Assembly (NCBI GenBank): GCA_963737905.1
Contig: CAVTUQ010000032.1
Coordinates: 1-64,000, forward strand
Reading direction: 5' to 3'
From: an uncultured delta proteobacterium
GTDB taxonomy: Bacteria; Desulfobacterota; Binatia; UBA9968
DNA: 64,000 bases
The notes beneath the pieces were generated by a model. The model made no database searches and was not told the origin of the DNA. It worked only from the letters and a program-made list of their open reading frames with translations. Both the position numbers and the translations under genes were made by a program. Of this stretch, positions 20,048 to 30,027 are shown one piece after another; within the stretch, counting starts at the first letter, position 1; every line of letters begins with the position of its first letter.

Positions 20048-22417
20048 TTATTGCCGCGCCATGTGCGCTTTCGCCATCGCCTTCATCTCCTCTTCGGTGT
20101 CCTGGATCATCTTGCCGGAAACGTCCGCCGTCACTTTGAAGATTCTGCCGGTGAACTCGAACGGCGGCGGATAAAGTTTCGACACCGGCGACCCGGGGTC
20201 GCGCCCGACGGTCAGCCCCTCGCCCAGACTGAGCAGCAGCGGCACCGTCACGGGGATATCACCCTGCCCCGCCAGCTTGCCATTAATGTAAAACTGCGCG
20301 CGGCCGGATGCGCCCTTACCCTTGGCAGGATCGGGCTTACCGGTCGGTTCGAACTCAAAACCCAGCTCACACTTGCCTTCAGGTACGTGCTGCGCCGATT
20401 CAACGTGGTATTCGTCGGCGCCGACGTAGTTGTGGACGTAGTGGAGCTTCTTATCTTTGACGAATATCGAGTAGCCGCCGGCGTTGCCGCCGTGGGCGAC
20501 GAGCACGCCTTCGGCGCCACCCCTGGGGATTTCGACCTCGACGGTGAAGCTGTGCGCCCGGTTCAAGACTTTTACCGCAACGTTTTCCGGCACCGCCTGG
20601 GTGCCCGGATAGTAAACGTAAGTCTTGCGCTCTTTGCTCAGTTGCGGCCGTTCGTCGGCAAAGCGCTGGGTGCCGCGGCTGTCGAGCGGCAAAACTTTGT
20701 ACTTGCCCGCTTCCGTGTACCAGAGCGCGATCATCTCGATAAGCTTATCGCGCTGTTTGGCGCCGAGGTTGTTGGTTTCGGAGTAATCCTTCTCGACGTT
20801 GTAGAGCTCCCAACCTTTGGCATCCAGCTCGCGAAGCTTTTCCTCGGTTAGCGCCAGCGCACCGAAAAAGGCTTTCGCCTCTTTGAATGACGTCCCCGGA
20901 AACGGGCAGACCGCACGCCAGCCGTCGTGGTAGATCGAACGGTGCGCGAACATCTCGAAATATTGCGTGTGGTGCTTCGTCTCTGCCTTGGCGTCGTTGA
21001 AGGTGTGAGCAAAGCTCACGCCTTCAATCGGCGACTGGGTTACGCCGCGAATCTGCTCCGGGGCGCTGATACCGAGGCATTCCAGCACCGTGGGCAGCAT
21101 GTCGATGGCGTGCGCGTAATGGTTACGCACTTGCCCCTTCGCTTTTATGCCCTTGGGCCAGTGAACGATAAACGGATCGCTGACGCCGCCGCGATAGGTC
21201 TCGCGCTTCCACCGGCGGAACGGCGTGTTGCCGGCGTGAGTCCAGCCCCACGCATAGTGATTGAAGAACTTGGGTCCGCCGAGATCGTCAAGGGCTGCGA
21301 GGTTCTGCTGCAGATCGTCCGGCACATTGTTGAAGAATTTGTTTTCGTTAACCGAGCCGGTGGGCCCGCCTTCGGAGCTGGCGCCGTTGTCGGAGATGAC
21401 CATGATCAACGTATTTCTTAGCTCGCCCATTTGTTCCAGGAAATTAATCAGCCGGCCGATATGATGGTCGGTGTGTTCCAAGAAGCCGGCGAAGACTTCC
21501 ATCATGCGCGCGTAAAGTTTGCGCTCATCGGCGGAGAGTTTTTTCCAATCCTGGACGTCGGGATCATGGCGCGAGAGCTTCGTGCCCTTGGGGACAACGC
21601 CCAATTCGAGCTGCCGCTTGAGCACTTTTGCGCGGTACGCATCCCAGCCATCGTCGAATTGGCCCTTGTATTTGTCGGCCCATTCCTTCGGCACCTGGTG
21701 CGGCGCATGCATGGCACCGGTGGCGAAGTAAAGAAAAAAGGGCTTATCCGGCGCGAGCTGCTTCGAGTCGGCGATGAACTGGATCGACTTGTCGACCAGA
21801 TCCTCAGTCAAGTGATAGCCCTCCTCCGGTGTCCTCGGCGGCTCGACCTGATGATTGTCGTAGACGAGATCCGGATAATACTGGCTGGTGTCGCCGCCGA
21901 GGAAACCATAATAGCGCTCGAAGCCGCGTCCCAGCGGCCAGCGGTCATAGGGTCCCGCGGCGCTGATCTGCTCGGCGGGAGTCAAGTGCCATTTGCCAAC
22001 CGCGTAAGTGTTGTAGCCGTGCTGCAAAAGCATCTCGGGAAGAAAACCGTTCTCGAAGGGGATAGCACCGTTGGAGCCGGGATAGCCTTCAGAGCCTTCG
22101 GTGATACAGGCCATCCCATTCGAATGATGGTTTCGTCCCGTCAACATACACGAGCGCGACGGCGAACAGAGCGCCGTGGTGTGCATGTTGTTGTAGAGTA
22201 AGCCGTTTTTCGCCAGCTTATCCAGATTCGGCGTACGGATCGGCGAGCCATAGCAGCCGAGCTGGCCGAAACCGGTATCGTCGAGCACGATGAACAAAAC
22301 ATTGGGCGCGCCCTCTTGCGCCCGCAGCGGCGCGGGCCATGCCGGTTCGGACTCGCCGATGGTCCGTCCCATCCGGCCGGGGAAAGTAGTTCCCGGTTTG
22401 TATTCTTTCAGTGCCAT
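20048..22417 (-). CDS. Arylsulfatase 3 (long form with C-terminal LamG/ConA-like domain)
   Basis: PNVLFIVLDDTG, LCSPSR, VGKWHL, ISDNGAS; beta-rich C-terminal extension. Confidence 0.95.
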   Translation of the reverse strand: MALKEYKPGTTFPGRMGRTIGESEPAWPAPLRAQEGAPNVLFIVLDDTGFGQLGCYGSPIRTPNLDKLAKNGLLYNNMHTTALCSPSRSCMLTGRNHHSNGMACITEGSEGYPGSNGAIPFENGFLPEMLLQHGYNTYAVGKWHLTPAEQISAAGPYDRWPLGRGFERYYGFLGGDTSQYYPDLVYDNHQVEPPRTPEEGYHLTEDLVDKSIQFIADSKQLAPDKPFFLYFATGAMHAPHQVPKEWADKYKGQFDDGWDAYRAKVLKRQLELGVVPKGTKLSRHDPDVQDWKKLSADERKLYARMMEVFAGFLEHTDHHIGRLINFLEQMGELRNTLIMVISDNGASSEGGPTGSVNENKFFNNVPDDLQQNLAALDDLGGPKFFNHYAWGWTHAGNTPFRRWKRETYRGGVSDPFIVHWPKGIKAKGQVRNHYAHAIDMLPTVLECLGISAPEQIRGVTQSPIEGVSFAHTFNDAKAETKHHTQYFEMFAHRSIYHDGWRAVCPFPGTSFKEAKAFFGALALTEEKLRELDAKGWELYNVEKDYSETNNLGAKQRDKLIEMIALWYTEAGKYKVLPLDSRGTQRFADERPQLSKERKTYVYYPGTQAVPENVAVKVLNRAHSFTVEVEIPRGGAEGVLVAHGGNAGGYSIFVKDKKLHYVHNYVGADEYHVESAQHVPEGKCELGFEFEPTGKPDPAKGKGASGRAQFYINGKLAGQGDIPVTVPLLLSLGEGLTVGRDPGSPVSKLYPPPFEFTGRIFKVTADVSGKMIQDTEEEMKAMAKAHMARQ

Positions 22418-22531
22418 GTTGTTCCTCCTCCGTCTGGTGACCAGGGCCACCTTACTGTCGCCCTGAACTTTATACTGCGAGAAGCTTAGCGATTTTTGTT
22501 TCGACAGTCAGGCCATCTGACATCAGGTGAT

Positions 22532-22561
22532 CCCGGGTTTTTCGCTTCTAAATCCCTTAGG
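22532..22561 (-). promoter_or_regulatory. Motif A site upstream of arylsulfatase 3
   Basis: CCCGGGTTTTTCGCTTCTAAATCCCTTAGG. Confidence 0.6.
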
Positions 22562-22574
22562 CGTGAGAACGCCA

Positions 22575-22720
22575 CCACGACTTCATCGAGTGCATTGAGG
22601 AATACTTCGTCACTGAGCGGCTTGTGCAGAAATGCCACTGCGCCTGCCCGCAGCGCCCGCCCACGTACATCCGTCTCGTCGTGGGCAGTAATGAAAATCA
22701 CCGGGAGAGTTTTTTTACTT
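22575..22720 (-). pseudogene. C-terminal stub of a receiver-only response regulator
   Basis: LPVIFITAHDETDVRGRALRAGAVAFLHKP; near-identical DNA to about 30245-30390. Confidence 0.8.
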
Positions 22721-22730
22721 CGGCTGAGGG

Positions 22731-22777
22731 AATCTAGCGAAGATCTAACAGACTCTATATTGAACTTTGGTCCAACA
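22731..22777 (-). promoter_or_regulatory. Motif B copy
   Basis: ATCTAGCGAAGA-N15-TATTGAACTTTGGTCCAACA. Confidence 0.65.
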
Positions 22778-22878
22778 GGGGGCGAAGGGGCCTATCGCGC
22801 GAAGCCCCAAGAACGCAAAAGACGTCGATCCGTTAGTTAGACTAGAACAAAGACCCGATGATCTTTAAACCAGCCGGC

Positions 22879-24201
22879 TCAATACTCCGAGGGCTGGTTG
22901 CTCCAACTCGCCGGATCCGCACCCATCTTTTCCCCCAGGTCGCTTAGGTTGTTCATGGTCTCTTTGATGAACACCCCGGGGACCGGCGGGGACCAATCGC
23001 CGGGGATCGACACGACACGCACCTCGACATCGGCCTTGCGCTTGAGCCGTGATATCTCGGCCATCGCGAAGAGATGACGGATGGCGGTCGACGTAGCCGC
23101 GCGCGTGGACGTCTCCAGGCTTCGTGAAATGACCGCCGGCCAGTTCGGCGGTGTCACCTGCGGTATGGGACGGAACTGATTGTTGAAAATCACCCAGTAG
23201 CGGATCTTAGGGATCGGTAGGTTCGGATAAGCCTTCTGCCATAGCGCCGGTAGACTGTCCTCTTCTCCTATCCGCCCGCCATAGATGATGTTGCCCGTCA
23301 CGCCGCCGTCAACATAAAGCTGATCGTCGATCATCCGGAACGGAAACGCGCCTGGGATTCCTGCCGAGGCGAGCATGATGCTGTGAATGCGGTCGACCTG
23401 TCCCGAATCGGCGGCGCGCTGCGCTTCCGCCACCAGGTCGAACACCCGCGAGGTGCCCTCATCAAGGTCGGTCGTGTTGACTGCCAGGACCCGGCCGTCG
23501 GCGCCCGCCTTCGCGATGCGGCGAACCATGTCCAGGGTAATGTGTTTTTGCATCTCGCGCTCCAGTCCGGGCACCTCGGCGAACGAGATGTTGTCCGGCA
23601 AGAAATAGAGAAACCCGCGCTGTTTCACCCAGTCTGGCTCCGGGTTGCGATAGAGGTTCACGATCTCGTCGGCCGACTGTTCGTCGCCCAGGAAAGCGAA
23701 CGGGGCGATCAAGGTCCCCGTGCTCACCCCGGTCACGGCATCAAATTCGGGTTTGGCCAGAGGGTGCTGGGCGGGGATCTTCCGCCACCCTTTGAGAAAC
23801 CCCGCCCCGAAGGCTCCCCAATCGCCCCCACCCGAGATGATCAGGATGTCGATCACCGGCGGCGGCTGCCCTGCTGCGGCGCGCCGGTCGTATTCGGCCT
23901 TGGTGAGTTCGAGCAATTTGCCGAGCAGTTTGCGCGATGCCGCTACGGACTGTTCGTCGCCCCTGGTGCGCACCTTCAGGAGATCCTGCTCCGTAACCGG
24001 TGGGCGCGTCAGGGCGGGGCCACAACCGCCCAACATGAGCCCCACCGCGAGTACCGACACCGCCATCAGTGAGCACCTCCGACGGGTGGCCACCGCACCG
24101 AGGGTAACGGCAGATCGCGGCGAACTTTGGTGTGAGCATGGGATGTTGTCCAACAAACTCGTAAAATCGTCGGAGTGTGATGGTTCTAGGTATTTTGCCA
24201 T
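22879..24201 (-). CDS. Patatin-like phospholipase lipoprotein
   Basis: SGGGDWGAFGAG, GVSTG, ASAGIPGAF, YVDGG; LGGC lipobox. Start may be downstream. Confidence 0.9.
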   Translation of the reverse strand: MAKYLEPSHSDDFTSLLDNIPCSHQSSPRSAVTLGAVATRRRCSLMAVSVLAVGLMLGGCGPALTRPPVTEQDLLKVRTRGDEQSVAASRKLLGKLLELTKAEYDRRAAAGQPPPVIDILIISGGGDWGAFGAGFLKGWRKIPAQHPLAKPEFDAVTGVSTGTLIAPFAFLGDEQSADEIVNLYRNPEPDWVKQRGFLYFLPDNISFAEVPGLEREMQKHITLDMVRRIAKAGADGRVLAVNTTDLDEGTSRVFDLVAEAQRAADSGQVDRIHSIMLASAGIPGAFPFRMIDDQLYVDGGVTGNIIYGGRIGEEDSLPALWQKAYPNLPIPKIRYWVIFNNQFRPIPQVTPPNWPAVISRSLETSTRAATSTAIRHLFAMAEISRLKRKADVEVRVVSIPGDWSPPVPGVFIKETMNNLSDLGEKMGADPASWSNQPSEY

Positions 24202-24231
24202 ATAATCTCCTTCTCTTGCTTCTTAACCTCT

Positions 24232-24440
24232 ATGGGGTCAATTCCGCGCAGCTTGCTGCGTTATGTAAATCGAATATCAGAAGTCCGTGATACCCACATG
24301 GCTTAAGCGGGAATCCAGGCGGGTTCGGAACTGACCCCCGATAAACGCATTCGGGGGTGATGCCTTGGAGGTAAACTTGCCGTCCGCGCCCGACGACTTT
24401 TCTTGGCTTACACTTTGTCTTCAGCATCTAGCTGCCGGGG
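24232..24440. repeat. Composite palindromic repeat block
   Basis: GCGCAGCTTGCTGCG near 24246, CCCCCGATAAACGCATTCGGGGG hairpin near 24335, GCATCTAGCTGCCGGGG near 24424. Confidence 0.55.
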
Positions 24441-24510
24441 CCAAGTGTAAACACCCCCAGTCTACACCTAAAACTCGAAACCTGATCACTGTTTACTGCT
24501 TACTATTTTT

Positions 24511-24942
24511 CTAAGTTGCCTTGAGCCAAGTCCGCGTCTGATAGAAAAACCCGAGATACCCGCGAAGCCTGAGTTTCCCATCTTCAACCCAGATTTCCAC
24601 CGTATGGAGTTGACCGTCGTTGGGGTTTACGACGGTGCCCTTGTAACGATCTCCGGTAGAACTAAAGTCTCTCAAGATTACTAGCCCCAGGATCGGTTTG
24701 CCTTTGTCGGTGCCCGTGCACGCGATGCAGGTTTTTGGTTTGCCTTGTTTATCGTTCGGCTCAGGCAGGGCCACGATCTTGCCGAACAGTTTGCCGCTCT
24801 GTTCATAGATCTCTACTTCGGATGTGACCTTGCCGCTCTTTTCATCGACTGTTTTCCATTTGCCCACGGGTGACTGGGCCGCCAGAACCAAGCTAGCACC
24901 CACGAAGCTAATCAGAACTACGACAAAACAAAACCATTTCAT
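24511..24942 (-). CDS. DUF2147 secreted protein
   Basis: Signal peptide, SPVGKWKTVD, CIAC..KGKPILGL, LRLRGYLGFFYQTRTW. Confidence 0.88.
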   Translation of the reverse strand: MKWFCFVVVLISFVGASLVLAAQSPVGKWKTVDEKSGKVTSEVEIYEQSGKLFGKIVALPEPNDKQGKPKTCIACTGTDKGKPILGLVILRDFSSTGDRYKGTVVNPNDGQLHTVEIWVEDGKLRLRGYLGFFYQTRTWLKAT

Positions 24943-25395
24943 CTATGTTGGTCCTCAGATCTGACTTTGGGCTTTGAAATAATTATTCGACTTGTGATCG
25001 TCCGGCGATCCTGTCACTCGGATGGGGTCACTCATGAAAAGTTTGTCAAGGTCCTCGTTGCTCGACGCGCCTCTTTTGGTAGGGTGGGGCTGAGCTGTTC
25101 AACCGGCTCACCCTTGTTTGTACCATAGTAGGACTAGACCATGGGAGAATAGAGTTCAATCCTACGCTGCTTGATGAGCAAAAAAACGGCGACCTGATGT
25201 GGACCACCCGCTATGCTGTGAGATAGATTTTATTTGAGCGTGCGACTGAGCTTTATGCGCAAACCCAGCAAGAGCGCAATCTCAACCAAACACTCGTGCG
25301 GTTGACATCTCCCAGGGCCGGCGATATTACTCCGGCCAGAAAAAAAGGCGTTTAAATTTCCTATACATAAGTGTTTCTCAACCCGGGAGATAACC

Positions 25396-26145
25396 ATGGT
25401 ACGAAAGATTCTGGTGCTCAGCGTGCTGGCAATGTCGCTTGCGGCACCGAGCACCTATGCGCAGACTGCGCCGGCGAGTGCTGTCGATCCGGCGTCGATT
25501 CAGGCCCTCAAGGACATGGGTGCGTTCTTGCAGACACTGAAGCGTTTTCAGGTGTCGACCGAACTGACCGGAGAGCGCGTTCTGGCCGATGGCCAAAAGC
25601 TGCAGCATACGGCGACGGCCGTTATCGACGTCGAGCGTCCGAACAAGATCCGCGCCCTGATGCATAGCGCCCGTTCCGAACGCGAGATCGTCTACGACGG
25701 TAAGACGGTCACACTCTATACGCCGGCGCAGAAGTATTACTCGACGGTCGAATTCACCGACACGATCGGCAAACTGATCGAGCGGCTGGAGGAAAGGTAC
25801 GGGGTGGAACTCCCGTTGGCGGATCTTTTCCTCTGGGGTACCCCAGCTGCGCCAGTCGACAAGATCGAATCGGCAATGAATGCCGGCCAGGATTTCGTCG
25901 GCGACGATCTCTGTGACCACTACGCCTTCCGGCAGGCCAAGGCCGACTGGCAGATCTGGATTACCGCCGGGAGCAGACCGCTGCCACGCAAGGTCGTGAT
26001 CACCAATCGCACCGACGAAGCGCGCCCGCAGTCGGTTTCCCTGATCGACTGGAATTTGAAACCTACCTTCAAGGACACGGTTTTCAAGTTCACGCCGCCC
26101 AAGGGTGCGTCCAAGATCGAGATTGTTCCGGTGAAAACAAAGTAG
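25396..26145 (+). CDS. DUF2092 periplasmic protein (LolA-like fold by inference)
   Basis: Signal peptide, GQKLQ, RPNKIR, YDGKTVTLY, CDHYAFRQ..DWQIWI, PLPRKVVIT. Confidence 0.9.
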   Translation: MVRKILVLSVLAMSLAAPSTYAQTAPASAVDPASIQALKDMGAFLQTLKRFQVSTELTGERVLADGQKLQHTATAVIDVERPNKIRALMHSARSEREIVYDGKTVTLYTPAQKYYSTVEFTDTIGKLIERLEERYGVELPLADLFLWGTPAAPVDKIESAMNAGQDFVGDDLCDHYAFRQAKADWQIWITAGSRPLPRKVVITNRTDEARPQSVSLIDWNLKPTFKDTVFKFTPPKGASKIEIVPVKTK

Positions 26146-26157
26146 AGGAGCGCCAAC

Positions 26158-26682
26158 ATGAAGAGATCATTCGGTAAGTTGTTTCCGGCCTCGTTGGCCG
26201 CTCTCGTTCTCGCCAGCTTCGCCATCGCCCCCTACGCTGATGCCGCCGCGGCTCGGGGCGGCGGTGGTGGTGCTCGCGCTGCAGGCGGCGGTGGGGGTGC
26301 TCGCGCTGCAGGCGCCGGTGGCGGCGCCGCCAGGCAGACTGCGCACGTCGACAACAGCAAGGCCGATGCCCGCACCAACAATGTCCGCAGCACTAGCGTC
26401 AATAACGTCAACAACGTCAACGTAGACCGCGACGTCAACGTCAATGTCGAAGGTCATCGCGGTTGCTGTGGCGGCTGGGACAATGACTACCATCCGGTCG
26501 CCACTGCAGCGGCAGTTACTGCTGGCGTCGCCGTGACTTCCGCCGTCGTCGGCTCGCTGGTGCGAAGCGTGCCGCCAAGTTGCGTGCCGGTAAACTACGG
26601 TGGCATGGTCTATCAACAATGCGGAAGCACCTGGTATCAGCCCCAGGGACCGGAGTACGTCGTGGTCAATCCTCCGTATTGA
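26158..26682 (+). CDS. Secreted Gly/Ala- and Asn/Val-rich hypothetical protein
   Basis: Signal peptide, GGGGARAA repeats, NVNVN stretch, PPSC...YQQCGSTWYQP...YVVVNPP; GAGGAG RBS. Confidence 0.8.
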   Translation: MKRSFGKLFPASLAALVLASFAIAPYADAAAARGGGGGARAAGGGGGARAAGAGGGAARQTAHVDNSKADARTNNVRSTSVNNVNNVNVDRDVNVNVEGHRGCCGGWDNDYHPVATAAAVTAGVAVTSAVVGSLVRSVPPSCVPVNYGGMVYQQCGSTWYQPQGPEYVVVNPPY

Positions 26683-26799
26683 TTCCAAATGAGCTGTTGG
26701 TAAGGATAGCGCGGACCGATTACGCTGATGCCGGCCTGCGTCGTTGCAGCGAGCACGAATTCGGACGGCAAACGAATTGGGAGAACCTGGAGCCGCTGG

Positions 26800-26929
26800 A
26801 AATCATTCCCAGTCCGATAGAGCAAGCAACCGAGCCCGCATGCGATCACGCGCAGCGCCGGCGCGCATGAGTTGGGCCAGACTGCTCAAACGAGTCTTCG
26901 ATATCGACATCGACGACTGGCCGAACTGA
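26800..26929 (+). mobile_element. IS91-family transposase C-terminal remnant
   Basis: ARMSWARLLKRVFDIDIDDWPN resembles the IS91/ISCR WAxLLKRVFxIDIExCP motif; no full gene present. Confidence 0.65.
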
Positions 26930-26960
26930 AAGATCGGCCCGCTATTCCCTGTCACGATTT

Positions 26961-28469
26961 TCAGCTCGACCCCTTGACCGTCTCACGCGCCTTTTTTTGC
27001 TCTTCCTCGTGATCGAGCATCAGCTTGTAGGTCGTGTAGTACTTGAAGATGTTGCGCACGTAGGTGGTGGTTTCGATGCCGACTTTCTCCGCCGTTACGA
27101 TCTCGACATTGTTGAACCACTTGTCAGGGTCGAGGCTGCGCTTAACCGCCTCCTTCCTCATGCTGGCGATTCGACCTGGACCAGCATTGTAGGCCGCAAA
27201 TGCGAAGAGCGACCGATTCGCTTCGCTAAACTTCGCGTCGGGGAAGTATCTGGTCATCAACTGGTCCATGTACTTGGTGCCCGCGTGGATATTCGGCTCG
27301 GTGAGCTTGATATCGCCGACCTTCATCTCGGCGCCGGTGGCCGGCATCAATTGCATGACGCCGATGGCGCCGACGTGGCTCTTCGCGTTCTGGTTGAGCT
27401 GCGACTCCTGGTAGCCCTGGGCCGCGAGCATCAGCGGATCGAAGCCGTATTTCTCGCCATACTGCCGAAACAGCGCCAGTGTGTCCTGGAAGCGCTTCGC
27501 CTCTGCCGAGCCGAACGGGTCCGTGATCTGCTTGATGCGCTTGTGGTATTGCTGCATCCGGTAGTTCATAACACCCTGCTTCTTGAGGAAATTGGTGAAA
27601 AATTCATAGATCTCAGCGGCGAGCTTTGGGCTGTCCTTGCGGATCGCCCAGCCGGTCAGTCCGACTGAGCGCACAACGATCTGCTCGTGAACCTTTATCT
27701 TGGGCAGTATCTGGGCCCACATCTTCGCCTTCCAGTTGTCGACGACGATGGCTTCCAGCAAACCGACATTTAACATCTCCATCATATCCTCGTCCTCGAG
27801 AGCGTCGGGCACGAGCACTAGATTGACCGCCGGCTTGCCCTCTTTCTTCAGCCGGCTGTTGAGCGCGTTCAGGCTCTCGTAGTAGCTCGACGCCTTGCGG
27901 ACGTGCACGGTCTTACCAGACAGTTCGTCCGCCGTTGTAACCGTTTGTGACTTTGGGCCGGTTAGGACGATCTCGGAAATGGGCTTCTCGTTCGGTGGAC
28001 CGACGAAATCAATTATCTGCTTACGCTCCTCGGTGACAGTGAGGTTGCCAGCGGCGATGTCCCCGAGCCCGTCGGCGACGTTCTGTAGCAGGACGTCACG
28101 GGTCGTCGGGATGAGGTAAATGGTGATCGGACGGTTGCCGAGCTGTTTCTTGAATTTTTGATTGATGTAGCGCTCGAAATCGCGCGCGGTATCCGCCGTT
28201 ATGCCGCGTTCGCGCCCTTTATCATTGAAGTAGAGCGTCCGGCTGTAGGGAACCAAAAAGCGAATATGCCGGCGCTTGATCATGCCGTCGAAGTCGCCCT
28301 TCCATTCCTTGGTCTGCGTCGGGAGCGCACGACGCGCCGTCGCCGGAGCCGGCTTCGTGTCCGCGCCAGGTTGCTGCGCAAGCGAAGCGAATGCGCCGAA
28401 AAAAACCAGACCGCCGGCCATGGAAAACGTAATAAACGATTTAGTAACGGCTATACGGTTCAGCATCAT
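26961..28469 (-). CDS. mltF: MltF-like lytic transglycosylase (substrate-binding domain plus SLT)
   Basis: GDIAAGNLTVTEER, AAQGYQES, GAIGVMQLMP, AAYNAGPG, ETTTYV. Confidence 0.85.
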   Translation of the reverse strand: MMLNRIAVTKSFITFSMAGGLVFFGAFASLAQQPGADTKPAPATARRALPTQTKEWKGDFDGMIKRRHIRFLVPYSRTLYFNDKGRERGITADTARDFERYINQKFKKQLGNRPITIYLIPTTRDVLLQNVADGLGDIAAGNLTVTEERKQIIDFVGPPNEKPISEIVLTGPKSQTVTTADELSGKTVHVRKASSYYESLNALNSRLKKEGKPAVNLVLVPDALEDEDMMEMLNVGLLEAIVVDNWKAKMWAQILPKIKVHEQIVVRSVGLTGWAIRKDSPKLAAEIYEFFTNFLKKQGVMNYRMQQYHKRIKQITDPFGSAEAKRFQDTLALFRQYGEKYGFDPLMLAAQGYQESQLNQNAKSHVGAIGVMQLMPATGAEMKVGDIKLTEPNIHAGTKYMDQLMTRYFPDAKFSEANRSLFAFAAYNAGPGRIASMRKEAVKRSLDPDKWFNNVEIVTAEKVGIETTTYVRNIFKYYTTYKLMLDHEEEQKKARETVKGSS

Positions 28470-28551
28470 TGGCTTCTCCTTTTCTTCTTCAAGCAAAATA
28501 CTTTACTATTCTTCGGCCTTCAGGGTCGAAATTCTCGGATTTGGAAATTCC

Positions 28552-28740
28552 TCCCGCCAAGGCGCAAAGGCGCCAAGTTCGGAGGGAGAAAGATAAATAT
28601 TTTTACGAATTCTTTTCACCATTTTTTCCGACCTTAGCGGCCTTGGCGTCTTTGCGGGAAATATTCCGAGTTTCGGTTGTGGTCTGCCGCACTGTGTCGC
28701 TGCAATGAATACTCCTTCACAGAAACCCCCGAAACACCCT
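28552..28740. repeat. Hairpin repeat with 9-nt periodic arms
   Basis: CCCGCCAAGGCGCAAAGGCGCCAAG ... CTTAGCGGCCTTGGCGTCTTTGCGGG; similar single arms near 3480, 4560 and 15031. Confidence 0.7.
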
Positions 28741-29620
28741 ATTCTTTGGCCATCCCCATCACTTCAACGACCTCGGCGTGCCGCTTGCGCCACATCACAT
28801 AAGGAATAGACAGGATCGCGCTCAGGACCAGGTACAAAAGGATTGCGGCGGGCGCGAGCTTTTGGTCCGGAAAGTTAGCGCTGGCAACGGCCATCGCGAC
28901 CCCGGGATGACGGGCGGCCGTGGCAAGCGCGAGCACGCTCCGGTTTTCGTCGCCAGGCCCTCCGAGCAGATGACCGGTGATCAGTCCGATAACGATGAAG
29001 GCCGCAAGGGCGACAACGGTTCCATTACCAATTAAGGATACGATCGGTTGCCAGGCAGAAAACAGCACGGCAAAGACGCATAAGAATAGCAGCACCGTGG
29101 CGATCAGCGACATGGGTCGAACAATCCGCTGGGCAAATGCCGGCGCAACAGAGCGAAAAAGGAGGCCAGTCAGGAGCGGTCCGAGGACCGCCATCATAGC
29201 CAGTCGCGCGATCGCCAGGAACGATATGTGATGAGTGGCCGTACCAAACCCTCTCCCAAGCAGCTCCACAGCAACGGGCACAGACACAATAGAAATCAGC
29301 GCGGCGGCAACCAGCAACCCAACTGCATACGATGCGCGTCCCCCCGCCTTCCTCTGCTTCTTTGGGAGTAAAGGGGGCACCGGCGATATGGCCAGGGCGA
29401 TGAGAGCTATCTTGACTGCCGGGTGAAAATCGAAGACGGCTGCTAAGATCGTAGCAACCAGCGGCATGATGATGGCCATAGCAAGCAGCGATCGCACGAA
29501 CTCGGACGGCCTGCGGAATAGATATGTAGTGTCATCGAAGGTCGAACTAAGACCAAGACCAAAGACCATTACAGCCACGCTGGTCTTAAGCCCAAGCGGA
29601 ATTAGAGTTGCAAAATCCAT
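28739..29620 (-). CDS. Bile acid:sodium symporter (BASS) family transporter
   Basis: MFGLGL, LAISPVPPLLP, LALATAARHPGVA; about 9 TM. Confidence 0.85.
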   Translation of the reverse strand: MDFATLIPLGLKTSVAVMVFGLGLSSTFDDTTYLFRRPSEFVRSLLAMAIIMPLVATILAAVFDFHPAVKIALIALAISPVPPLLPKKQRKAGGRASYAVGLLVAAALISIVSVPVAVELLGRGFGTATHHISFLAIARLAMMAVLGPLLTGLLFRSVAPAFAQRIVRPMSLIATVLLFLCVFAVLFSAWQPIVSLIGNGTVVALAAFIVIGLITGHLLGGPGDENRSVLALATAARHPGVAMAVASANFPDQKLAPAAILLYLVLSAILSIPYVMWRKRHAEVVEVMGMAKE

Positions 29621-29739
29621 AAATGGATTCCAGGAAAAGAGGGTCGAATGTCGAGGGTCGAGTGTCGAAACCACTCCTCGTTGTTTTTGCTTTCTGTTTT
29701 TCTCATCTCAAGCCTATTTGTTGAGGTTTCGACGAGCGA

Positions 29740-29820
29740 TCAGATGCGTCCCCTGATCATCTGTATTCCCAACCAAATCCCGACGAGCACGACCCCTAGC
29801 ATCAAAAGCAAACTTGCCAT
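29740..29820 (-). CDS. Putative 26-aa single-TM small protein
   Basis: MASLLLMLGVVLVGIWLGIQMIRGRI*, preceded by AGGAGG; below the ORF-track cutoff. Confidence 0.5.
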   Translation of the reverse strand: MASLLLMLGVVLVGIWLGIQMIRGRI

Positions 29821-29859
29821 ATCAATTTCCTCCTAACCAAAAGGAACGGTCGATAGCGA

Positions 29860-30027
29860 TCATCGCCAATCGTGGAAGGCAACACGGAGTCCGAGCTCAG
29901 AAATTCTCTCTTGGTTGCTGATCAACGGCGAACTAGTGCTATCCCGATTACGCTCCACCGAAAGCAGTGCGATCAATGAGTAGAGGACAAAAACAATTGC
30001 GAAAAATTCCGCCGTAACATCCTTCAT
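29860..30027 (-). CDS. Putative 55-aa membrane-anchored small protein
   Basis: MKDVTAEFFAIVFVLYSLIALLSVER...; GGAGGGG RBS. Confidence 0.45.
   Translation of the reverse strand: MKDVTAEFFAIVFVLYSLIALLSVERNRDSTSSPLISNQERISELGLRVAFHDWR

Noticed and set aside
11496-23400. Long plus-strand ORFs such as 11496..12521, 12531..13289, 17461..18222, 19763..20851 and 21431..22201
   Set aside because: They are antisense shadows of GC-rich sulfatase and ftsH genes, with no recognisable motifs.
24958-24985. Extra motif A candidate (TCTGACTTTGGGCTTTGAAAT)
   Set aside because: Partial match only about 18 bp from the start codon and lacking the palindromic half; not counted.
25118-25148. Motif B-like half-sites (GTACCATAGT..CTAGACCATGG) upstream of the DUF2092 gene
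   Set aside because: Too degenerate to call without a position weight matrix.
26240-26460. Repeats GGCGGTGGTGCTCGCGCTGCA and AACGTC
   Set aside because: They are coding low-complexity segments (GGGARAA, NVNV) of the secreted protein.
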